The translations under genes and the position numbers were made by a program. A model generated the notes under the pieces. The model made no database searches, had not been told where the DNA came from, and saw nothing but the letters and a program-made list of their open reading frames with translations. A DNA stretch of 54,524 bases, counting the filler, from Sluysia triapertura (Eukaryota), in assembly GCA_046118255.1 (NCBI GenBank). It is 4 parts of 4 records of this genome, joined end to end, with 100 filler letters (N's around TTAATTAATTAA, not from the genome) between each part and the next. Parts side by side here need not be neighbours in the genome. Positions count along the whole stretch, not along the records: positions 26,395 to 39,540 come from JBJNIA010056882.1; positions 39,641 to 54,524 come from JBJNIA010245653.1; 2 more parts are not named here. One strand, written 5' to 3'. Shown one piece after another: positions 39,511 through 51,593 of this stretch; position 1 is the first letter of the stretch, and each line of letters begins with the position of its first letter.

Positions 39511-39540
39511 ATAAGAAATAACTTTTGGCAAGGGAATATA

Positions 39541-39640
39541 NNNNNNNNNNNNNNNNNNNNNNNNNNNNNNNNNNNNNNNNNNNNTTAATTAATTAANNNN
39601 NNNNNNNNNNNNNNNNNNNNNNNNNNNNNNNNNNNNNNNN
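39541..39640. other. Artificial assembly spacer
   Basis: N44-TTAATTAATTAA-N44. Confidence 0.97.
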
Positions 39641-39659
39641 AATGATTGAAAAGTATCAG

Positions 39660-39712
39660 ATCTTTGCGACCCCCTTTCAGTAGTCTCGCGACCCACAGTT
39701 TAAGAAGCCCTG
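39660..39712. mobile_element. hAT (Charlie-like) transposon end
   Basis: cgcgacccacagtttaagaagccctg (reverse complement CAGGGCTTCTTAAACTGTGGGTCGCG) followed by the 8-mer atttagag, a Charlie-type target pattern. Confidence 0.7.
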
Positions 39713-40180
39713 ATTTAGAGTTAAGAAACAAATCTTTCTCATTAGTTTTTTAATGAATTTTGTCATATTTTACTTTTCCAAGTAATTGCATAACATTTGT
39801 GTAGTAGCAAGTTCAAGAAATAATCCAAAAATTGTAATATATTTTCATTTTCACATGTAATAACAAAAAGAATAAAAATTTTATTGAGTTTGTCATATTC
39901 GTTTCGTTATAATTTCGTTATATATTTCATACTTTTAGTTAATAAATAAGAAAAATTCAAAAAAATAGAATGTACTTTTATAGCGAAGCGTGTTAACTAA
40001 ATAATTTACTTAATACTATAACATAAGACAGCAAATTCCACTCAAGAGTATTTTCGCAGAATATGTTCAATGAGTCAATTTAACCATATGATCAAATTAT
40101 TTAGTTTCAATTTAAAAGTCTTATTGTAATATTTTATCTCTTGTATTTTTTACCTTTTTTTCATAATTATTTTATATTAG

Positions 40181-43100
40181 GTCCACGTGACTTATAATTC
40201 CTTTACATTGATCGGAGAATTACGTGCAGAAGCTCGGTATTACTATCATCAATTTAACGGAGAATGCAGTCATAGAGCTGATGGTGTTCCAAATCAATTA
40301 TCAACAGACAACTCTTTACTAAACCGCATAAAGTTGTTTGTAGATAATATCGGTTCTGCAGTTTCTTCTTCTGAGGTATGATATACTTTAAAATTAAATT
40401 AAAGTATTCGTTGATTGAAATAATTATTTTTTTCAGAATTTCCTATTTAAATTGTGTTTAGAAATGGTTTGAAAAAGTTTTAGTCTTACCAAACGTAATT
40501 ATTCTCCCCTTTAGATATGTAGAATCATAAAAATTACAATAATGCATTTGTATTAAATCTGCTCTAGTCAACCTAACTGCTTTTTAAGTTATCAACATAT
40601 GTATTGATGATTGATTGCAGTTCATGTAGATTTGCAATAGGGAAAAGCTCTGGCTTTGAATCTGCTTTGAGCAAATCAGTATAACGAAATTTTTACTGAA
40701 AGAGTAGCATCTAAAGAAGTGTGGATGGAAAATGGAACTTCATTTAAAAGTGACGACTTTAAGAATTAAAAATTAAATAACATTCAAAAGTGATACCAAT
40801 AGATTGTTGAGGGGTGTCTCAATATCATCATTGAAATTACTGAAAAAGCTAATATACTGATATGTTATTATATGTATACTCTATTATATACATTATTAGA
40901 TAACTATTATTCAGACAATAAATTATTAATAAAAATTAATTATAAACAGACTGTATAAATCATAGTAAAACAAAAATGACCAATCATATAAATAATAATT
41001 AAGTTACTTACTTTTAATAAAAGACTGTATAACTATCACTGTTATGGAAAAAGATACACACGGTATTATTAGAAGACAAGATTGATTATTTTGAAATATC
41101 GAGAATTGATTTCGAATTAAAATCGACTTTTTATTAAACTGGTTATTTTATCGGAGTTCTAAATCGATCGATCTGTTCCTGATAATTAATTATTTGTTAC
41201 AAAAAAAACATTTAACTTGCCGCGCTATTAATCGAACATTCCAATTTAATTAAAGGAGTTAGTAGTGTTTGTTTTTTTGTCTGAATAATAAAATTAAAGG
41301 AAAAATGAAAATCATTTATTATTACTTCATTATACAGTGAATAATTTTTAAATAATTGTAAATAAATTTTACTGAGTTTAAATTTTCATTAATTTTAAGA
41401 GATTGAAAATACAGCTTCCAAGAGGGAAAAGGTGTACTGCACACAAATAAAATTGAATTATAATTAAAAAGGTAACGCTTTTTGTATTAGTCAAAATCGA
41501 ACTCAGACTTCTATAGATAAATAAAATAGAATTTTACTCTTTTGGGTAGTATCGAATATTAAATAAGATAAAGACTCACACGTTGCACTTTCATTTCAGA
41601 CCATCGAAACGAATATTCGAATTCACTTCCAGATAAGGTAAACATGATAAATATAGATAATACTTGCAGAATAATTTAATTTACATTAACAATAAATTGT
41701 ACTTCCAGATAAATTTAAGCAGTAAAATAAAAGAAGTTTGAATTATCACCAGAGACTAAGAAATCATGTAGGCTCATACAAATTATATAAAATTAAAATT
41801 TTTATATATATATTTTTGACATTTTTCTTTAAATTTCCTAATTATCTACTACTACTAGAGAAGAAAGCATGATACTTTTAATAATCTATATGCAATGTTC
41901 CTCATCTATAATGTAACATTTGAACATCACGAAAAGAATCTTATCTTAATCCTAACATTTATTTCGTAAAGTTTAGTTTTATCAAAATTTAAATTTTCGA
42001 CAAAAGACTGAGCCCATACTTCATTTTTAAATATAAATAGTTGTCAAATTAGTTCTGTCGCTATTGTTTTTTTATTTATTTCATGTTTACTGGTAAAATA
42101 TCACTTTGCTGCAAACAGTTACACAATTTTATATTGTAATAGGTATCAGAAGAATATAATGGAAAACAACTAATCGAACTATGCCAGAATTTGGGTTGCA
42201 ATACTTTTACAATATTAGTATTTGTAGAAGATCATCATTCACAACAACAACAAGAGCAACAAAATCGTTCCATATATAATTGTCAAGTTCTCGACACACC
42301 ATTCAATTTGTATAAACTACTTATTGAAGATATGGATTTTTATTCTACATTACGAGACGACACATTTGCTACGTTACAGCAGTTATTGTGGCGAGATGAT
42401 TTGAGTGATAATTTCAATAATACTGACAAAATCACTTCTTTTTATGATAATGATAATCAAGGTTTATCCATATCAAATAAATACAAACTGTGGTTACTTA
42501 ATAGGTTATTTTATTTATTATTAAATTAGAATTAACACATTATGAGCGGGGCGGGTATTATTACCCGTTTTATGGACTGTACTTAAGAATACCCGCTCAT
42601 AATGTGTTAATATACATTTTTTTTGCAATTTACTTATGTAAAAGTATAAAATTCATTTATTTGACTTCAAATCTAAAAATTATCTAATAAATTACATTAA
42701 ACAAATTTCTGGATTAAAATGCATAGTTATAATAATCATATGTTGCATAATAAAAATATTTTGAAAATAAATTTCGAAAAATGTGTTTTAATAAACCGGC
42801 CATAAATTTATTATTTATTATTATTTTAGTAATGAGGTCAAAATTATTTAGTCAAATTGATCGCGACGCCATAATATAATGTGAAATATATCATTTAAAG
42901 CCTTTTTTAATATTTATGTTCCAATGTCGAGTTTAAGAATAGTTTTAAACTATTTTTAATTTTCACATGTTCACCTTTCAACGATACTTTGACATTATTT
43001 GTTTAAAATAATTTTTTGTATTTTTTATATTTGCTAAATATATGCAGTCCTTGAACTAATCAGTCCATTTTTGAATATTAATTTATTCATATCATCTTTG

Positions 43101-45197
43101 GGTTAATCAATTTTTTATTTTTATCAATTATTTAATTTATTTTATTATTAAGCTTTTTTAACTATATTACAGGAAATCAATTTATTAATTTTATTTATAT
43201 TTTTTTGTAATTTGTCAATACGAATTATATATAAGTTCCCATTTTGATACAAAGTCAAAAGAGTTACTAAAGTGAATCTACTATTTTGTATACTTATTTA
43301 AACGGTAAATAATATTGACTGATAATATTGATTTATCAGATTTTTTTTCTGCAATTTGTAACATGTAAAACTGTAGATCGATTTTTTAATTATTTATTTT
43401 ATATTTTCAAATAACAATAATTCAAAACAAATGTATAAACAAAATTCCTCCAATAATCAATTTAATCATTAACATTTAAACAATCTTTATGCACTTTTAA
43501 ATGTATTATTATTAATAATGTATTTGGTATGTCGTTATATTGAAATGATATTATTTTCCTTCAAATAAGCATAATATTAAAAGTGAAATGTATTATTCCG
43601 TTACATTTAATTGCGATTTCTCTTTAAAATTAAAAATACTTATTTACTTATTTACTTATTTAATATTTTGTTAAGTACAATAAGAGTATTACTAATTTTG
43701 GTGGAAGTGTTTGAATCCACAAGATAAACATTTGATTTTTTTAAGGTCGAATTTCAATTGGTCGATATATATATATAAATAAACTGAGATCAAACATAAA
43801 TATTAGTATAAAATTTATAAAATCATGCAATCAAAATAATTTTTGATTTATTGTTTGTTAAATCTATTTGTTTATAAAACAAAACAAATGTTCGTTATAA
43901 TTTTTTTCAATTTTAATCATCGATTAGAATAACAAAGACAAATTATTTGACTTTTGGTTTATTTAGTGCACCTAAATTTTATTAATACATTTCTACATTT
44001 TGATGATATTCTCCAATTATTACCAACTTTTGTTTAGGTATAGGTTGAAAGTAATGTTAGCAAATAAATGTATAATTATCTAAATTCATAATTAGATAAT
44101 ATGTAATCTTATTAATTTATATTTTCATAAACAAATTATACATTTCGGTTTTAATAACTATTGGTAATAAATTGGAGTTTTATCTATGAGGAATAAATAA
44201 TAAGGTGATTATATAATAAATGAAGTTACTTAATATGATCGGAATGATTCAGATTATTAAAACTATGAGGCGTTACTCTTGTTTATAAAAAGGTTTTAAA
44301 CTATCTAATTTAATACGATGAATGGTCTGATAAAATTCATGCTGTAATTCATTAATTTTTTATATTGTCAAAATCAAATTTGTGGATCAATACATTGTCT
44401 TTTATAAATGATTTTTCATTTTACATTTTGCATTCTTAACTCACTTTATAACATTTATTTTATAGTTCTTTTGTTAGTGTTATGCAATGTTAAATACAAG
44501 CTTTGTCTATAGTTTGAAATTAAAAAATGGCAAATTTTGATTTCAACAAACATTTATTTCAAGTTTTTTCGTACAATTTTGGATTTATTATTTAACATTA
44601 ATTTTTGATCACTTTGTTAATACATTTAGACATACACTGGAAATGCTGTATAATTTTTCTAAATGGAAACAGTACAGTGATATCAATTTTATCAATTTAA
44701 TTAATCCAACACAACTTTCAATCGATCAACCAGATAAATTGATGCTGTATTTAAGATTTTCGCAGTCTATTTTACAAAACAATTATCGATTCTTCAGTCC
44801 AGCTCGGTTCATTGAACAATTATCAAGTAGCGGTATCAAACATTTACAAAGCATTCTATTTAATATAATAAATAAGATAATTTCTGTTGGCAATAATAAT
44901 CATAGTGAAAATAGTAGAAATAACACTGATGTCTATTCAATCTCTTTTTGTCATTTAGACGTTTTGGGTTCTATTATTGATGTACTTTTAAGTATTTTTA
45001 AGTACATAAATGAACATCATAATTCTTTCTCCGTTGTTATTAATGATCATTCAGATAAGTATTTAACTAAATATTTTCAATTGACTACTATTTTAGTAAA
45101 AAATATAAATAAATGCATTGGTTCAGGTAGTAATAATTGTAATGGCAATGGTGGTAATATTAATAATATTAACAGTAATATTAACATCCAAAATAAT

Positions 45198-45251
<54 letters not shown>

Positions 45252-48200
45252 GCATCGAATATGTTTGTGGAAGCAGAAATTGATTGTGTTCGTATAATTT
45301 TGCGTTATTTACAAACTATACTTACAGTAGACACTGTGATTGAATTTTTAAATGAATCTTTTTCGAAATGGTTGTGTGAAATGTTGATCGATTGTCCAGT
45401 GAAAAATATTCGATATGATTTTGTTTCCCTGATTAAACACCTGTGCCAACAATTGTATACTGTAGAACAATTTGAATCAATAAAAAGTTTATTTACATGT
45501 GCTCTACATTCATTGGATTATGCAATAAAATCTCCAAGATTTGTTTTTTATACAAATCGAATATTTAAAAATGATAAAACGCAATCTTCAAATATAACAA
45601 ATTGTTCGAATAAACTGAATAATGATAATGATGTATTAGTTAGTGATTCTGATGTTGACGGTTATTTTGATCTGTTACAGTTGATTTGTGGTTATTTTGC
45701 TAATGATTCTTCAAATTGTGATGTATGTTGTAGTTTTATACGGCTGTCGATGAAAACTTTAAAAAAAATTGTGCACCTGATTGATAGCCGTCCTATTTTT
45801 GATCGCAGACCAATAATAAAACAAGAAGATTCGGTGTTAATTGGTTCTTTACGGCTTTTAATCAGATTAGTTAAATACATTCGTGAATTCGAGAATGATG
45901 ATTGTTATATTAGAATTATGAGTCGAACAGAAGAAGACACATTGATCCAAGTAATTTCAGTAATACTTAATTGGTTATTCGAAATAATGAATAAAGAAGT
46001 TAGTGAAAAAAATCAAAATAACGCGTTAACTTCTAAAGTTATGATACCGTTTAATTTCAAGGATTTATCGATGAATTTACATCCACGTCTCAAAGGTGTA
46101 TTTGTACGAAAATTAGGTTTAGAGTTATTACTAGAATTTAGTAAATTATCGAGTTGCTCTTCTGATGAGGATCAAAATAGATTTTGCAATTTTATTTGTT
46201 TCGAATTAGCTCGAAATGATTGGACTAAAAGTAAACGAATTTCTTTTGACAAAATATCAGAAATAAATAGTTATTGGCCAGCCGATGAAATTCGTACTAA
46301 TGAAGATTTAATTAGTTTTGGTGGAAGTGTTTGTGGTGATTATTGTGGCATTCAAAATCTAGGATCTACTTGTTATTTAGCTGCCACATTTCAGCATCTG
46401 TTTATGATTCCGAAATTTCGACAACTTATACTCGAATTGGATTCAGATTCAAATGCAAATTCGAATAATTTTAAAGAGATGGAATGGTTTCGCTGCTTTC
46501 AAAACAGTTTTGCTTATCTTCAATTATCGCAATACAAAGTCCTACATCCGAAAGTATTTTGTGAAAAGTATCAAACTCGAACTTCAATTGCTAATTTGAG
46601 AGATCAAAGTGACATGATGGAATTTTTTAATGACATCATTGCTAATCTTGAATGTGTCAATCCATCTTTGAAAAAAGGAATTAAAGAGTAAAAATAGTTT
46701 TTTTGTATTTTTAATTAAGAAATTTAAATGTTATATTAAAAAATAAAATAAAATATATAAAACATGATTTTAGGATTTGAAATAAGTAATTTATTTGCAC
46801 AATTTTTGAACAAAAGAATGAAGAGACAAATAATCATCAGAGTATTTACCTATAACGGCCTTTATCAGCGAAGCTTTCTGAACCAATTAACTGCACTGAC
46901 AGTCCGTTATAGATAGCCCTTTTTAACCTTACACTTGCAGTTAGCAAAGACATAATTTAAGAGAGCGCATCGCTAATTTTGAGAAAATATAAATTTATCT
47001 ATTATAACAAAGGCGGAGTGAAAATATCTTTCGAAGGCTACATTTTTAAAATAAATGATTTTTAATATTTTTTAAATAAGTGTTATTCACTTGTGTTATG
47101 TTTAACTTATGTTATATTTTAAAGATTTCACTGACCGTTTAAATTAACTTTAAATACTTTAGTAAGGATTTTGATGATTTTCTTTCGAACGATTTCTTCA
47201 CCCGCGACATTTTTCCTGAAACCGTAATAAATCATTGAAAAAGTTTAATAAGTAAATATTTCTTAATTGAATTTGATTTTTGAAAATTTATTGCACACAT
47301 TAACGTTAAATCACTTTTTATCTATTGTCACTGTGTTTTTCATAACAGACTATTCGAAGGTGAGTCGGTGGAATACATCAAATCTCAAGATTGCCCTCAT
47401 ATACGTCGTATCAAAGAATCATTTTATGTGCTACCATTACCAGTAAATTCTATGACTTTACTTACACAAGCTCTTGCTCAATTCGTAGAAGCATATGTAT
47501 TGGAAGGAAGTGATAAATACTTGTGTTGGGAATGTGAACCAAATCGCAAAGTTACGGCTGATAAATATGCACGATTTACAAAATTACCTAGAATTATGTG
47601 CATCAATATCATGCGATATTATTTTGATGCAGTTACATGTCGTCGTGAAAAACTAAATAATTATTTCGAATTTCCTGCTCAATTAGATATGCGAAATTAT
47701 ATGGAACGGAACAGCGAAGCTTCAAAGCGTGAAACTCGTTATAAACTAATCGGTGTTACTGTTCATTCGGATAATACTGATTCTGGTCATTATTATAGCT
47801 TTATTATGGATCGTTTTGATGGTACACCGTTGCGTTGGAATAATAAAGATTGTGCAGGAACTTCTGGGGAATGCATACCATCTACTAGTAAGTCTAGTTA
47901 GTATTTGTTTTACTAAAATAACTTTCACGTTTACCTTAGAGATAATGATGAAATTTGTTTGATTTACATAATTTTGTAGCTTTTTCTGGTTCCTTTGTTA
48001 AATAATATCTTTCTTTTTATTTTAAAGGGATTGTGAATCATTTGTTTAAGATAAAGTTTTATTTCACAAAATGATTAATAAATTAATAATATTGACATTA
48101 AAAACGAAGTTATTAACATTATATTTGTAGATAAGATAAGAAAAATAAATACAATAATTATATCTCTAAATGAATAAAAACCCTCTATCTTTAATATCAG

Positions 48201-51200
48201 AACCACTAATTTTAAAAACTTCAGACTTCCTTTATAGAAACATTAGGTATGGAATTTATTTTCACATCTATTGTTTTTCAATTTAATCTTTTAAACAAAT
48301 GTAAATAAAAGTTACTTGCGTAATTTTCTTACTTTTATTAACGCATTCGTTGCCAAACTTCGTAGGTCAAAATTTGTGTTTGTGTCGCTCGACAGCGAAC
48401 GTGTTAATTGAATTATTGTCATAGTACGAATTTAAATCTGTATCAACTGTTTTCGTTTTAGCTTTCATGTTACATTTTTATAAAGTTTTTCAACACTGTT
48501 TTTTTGTATATAAACACAATAGTCTCACGCTACTCGAAAGATTATCTCTATACATTATATTTGTTATCTCATGCACTTAATGTTTCTATTAAGTGCATCA
48601 CTTAATTATTCTGTTAATTCTTAGATATTTTCATTAAAACCACAAATTCATAACTCAATTATTCGAATATAAACAATACATTTTATGAGTAATAGAATTT
48701 CATAGACCTGTTCTTGTTTATCTAATAAATACAAGATTGACTTCAATTTAACTACATTTTCATATCTCACACTAATTGATGACAAATTATAAATTATTAG
48801 TAACTCTTATCGGAATAAATATTTTTTATATTTTCAATTCAGATTATGACAATGATAATTGTTTCACTGGTAAATGGTATTCGTTTAATGATTGTAAAGT
48901 GAAATTATTTGATCCAAGTAATATTCCTGCAGAATGTTTTGGAGGTTCAAATAAGCGTCCTTACAATTTGATAAACCCGGAATATAAAACAAATAACGCT
49001 TACATGCTTTTTTACGAACGTATATCACCCGAAGATGATGAGGATAATTATAGTGAAAATAACGGATCCACTGCAACAACTAGTGATAATATAATTAGCA
49101 CCGATATTTGTCCAAGTCATATTCAAATGAAACATAAATTGTATAAAGAAATAATGACTGAAAATATGCAACTGCTTCATGATTTGTTGATATATGATAC
49201 AGACTATTTCAAATTTTTCTATCAACTTGCTTCATTAAAAGTCGGTCAAATTAAGTGTCGCCTAGATCGACCTGTTGTTAATGAAGTATTTCACAAAATG
49301 GATTTCAAAATATTAGAATATACCAATAAATATTCAATAACAGATGAGTCGTCATATCGTTGTATAGCTAAATTAATTGTCTCTTTTATTTTCACTGTAC
49401 TTATGTTTTCAAAAGAAAAGGTTGACACTTCTAAATGGATTGAATTGTTGATAGCAGTAATTAGAGATAGTAACCAAATACGAGATGTTATGCAACTATT
49501 ATTTGCTAACAACAGTCAATTAGTTTTGTTTTTTATTTATTCACTTGCTTTACAAGAAGATCTTACGGCTGCTCATAATTTTCTGTTTTATCTAAATTTG
49601 TTTATCGAATTTAAACCAACTTCATCAAATGAATCTACTACAGATAATCCTTTGCGAAAATTAATTATGAAAAATTGTGCATTACTATGTAGTATTAGCA
49701 AATGTGGTATTGTTGTGTGGAAATGGATTCTCGGTTGTTTACCCGACAACGACTTGGCATTGCATCTTGTGGAATGTATGGATAAATGGGTATTTCAAAA
49801 TTTGGTAGAACAACTAAACTTAAAAGTGCGGCAATGTTAGTTTCATAAATTGAACTTTTAATTACTTGATTTTCATATTGTCACTTTATTTTAGGGGTCT
49901 TAAACCTTGATTCTGCGAAAATTAAGGCTTAAAATGACTTCCTGGACCATGTGAACAAAATAAAACTTCAGAAAACATATAAACCTAAATTTCTTTCAAG
50001 TGTAACATAAACTGCAAAGGTTGTAGTTGATGTAGTTGATAAAATTTCTTAAGCAAGCACAATATGATTTTCTTTCAAAATTAATCAAGTATTAAAATCT
50101 AACAAATAAATAAAATTTATTACATCTTTTTATTGCATCTTTTTCTTATTTTTGATTATGACTTTCTCGTTACAGAACCAGTGGCTACACCATTGAGCTA
50201 TCAATCTAATAAACAATTTACTTTTATCGTACAATTATTCAACTTCTTTATTTAGCACTTTCAGCATTCTTTTAAAGTATTTTAGCTAATTTTATTTTCA
50301 TGCATGATAATAAAATGATTAATAAATATTTTCGCAGGTATACGAGATATTGTCACAAAGTTGTTAACAGTGGAATCTATTCGAAAATCTATAATTGATA
50401 AACTTTTCTCTTATATCACTAATGTAACTGATTATTTTTTTACATTTTTATTCGATACATTTCATCGAAAATCAATCAGTATTTCAACGGAAGCATCTAT
50501 TAAAACAAATCACTTGTTACCATACTATACTGTTCTGTCATGTTGCCTAAATTATCAGGAACATGTACAAGATTTTATCAATCAAGGTATTTTAAAAGAT
50601 ATAATTGCTAAATTGTGGAGTATGTATCATCCTTGCTTGAATCAACAACACGTTGCAATCAATTGGGATAAATTTGGTATATTGTCATTGATAAACAAGA
50701 TATGCAGCATTGATAATACAGCATTGGATTATTTGTTAGCTATGCATGATTTTGTGCATTCGGTTACAGAACAGTACATTGTTCATGATACGCAAGTAAG
50801 TTGTAAATTATTTAGTAAATTTATTTTGTTTTTTTTCTAGGATTATTATATATACCGAGTATTTTATCAATTCCTTACTCAAAATTTTTCAAAATTTTTC
50901 TAATTCTTTTGAAATCTAATTTACACATTAAAAATGTCTTTCTAAATTTGATGTTTAATTATTTTTAATGATTAAGACAAAAACAATCAAACATTCAAAC
51001 ACATTTAAAATTTTTTTAACCCTTTTTAATAAAAAATTTATTGACAAAAGCCAGTCTACAAAATATTAAATAACAGAATAACATGCATTTAATGACAGTT
51101 TCCTCTCGATAAAACAATAATAAATTTTTACTTATTGAAAATTAAATATAAAAATTTACTTATTATTTACTTACAGGATTCTAGTATAAAAATATTTAAT

Positions 51201-51550
51201 CGAAAAATGCTACCGCATTATTTTAATTTATTGTTTCTGTGCTGTCGTCGTTCAATTTCATTTCGAATAAGTTTATGTCGAAATCGGTTTGATACATTAG
51301 ATTGGTGTTATCGTCAAATATTTCCAAATCCGCTGTATTATGATACAGTAATTGATGATTTGTTTAATTTTATCGAGGTTTTATTAACAACACCGAATGA
51401 CGATACGGAAGGATCTAGTATTTCTGAATATCTTCGAAATGATTGTCATGATGCACAAGCAATGTTTCGTAACAAATTTATCAAGAAATTCTTATACTTT
51501 TCGGAAAGACAATCACAAATATTTATAAGGTAAAATTTTGTAATTATAAA

Positions 51551-51593
<43 letters not shown>

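Noticed and set aside
48571-48598. Perfect 11-bp hairpin atgcacttaat/attaagtgcat
   Set aside because: Isolated, AT-rich and intronic, with no further support.
45692-49512. Short minus-strand and alternative-frame ORFs within USP34 exons
   Set aside because: Shadows of the real coding frame.
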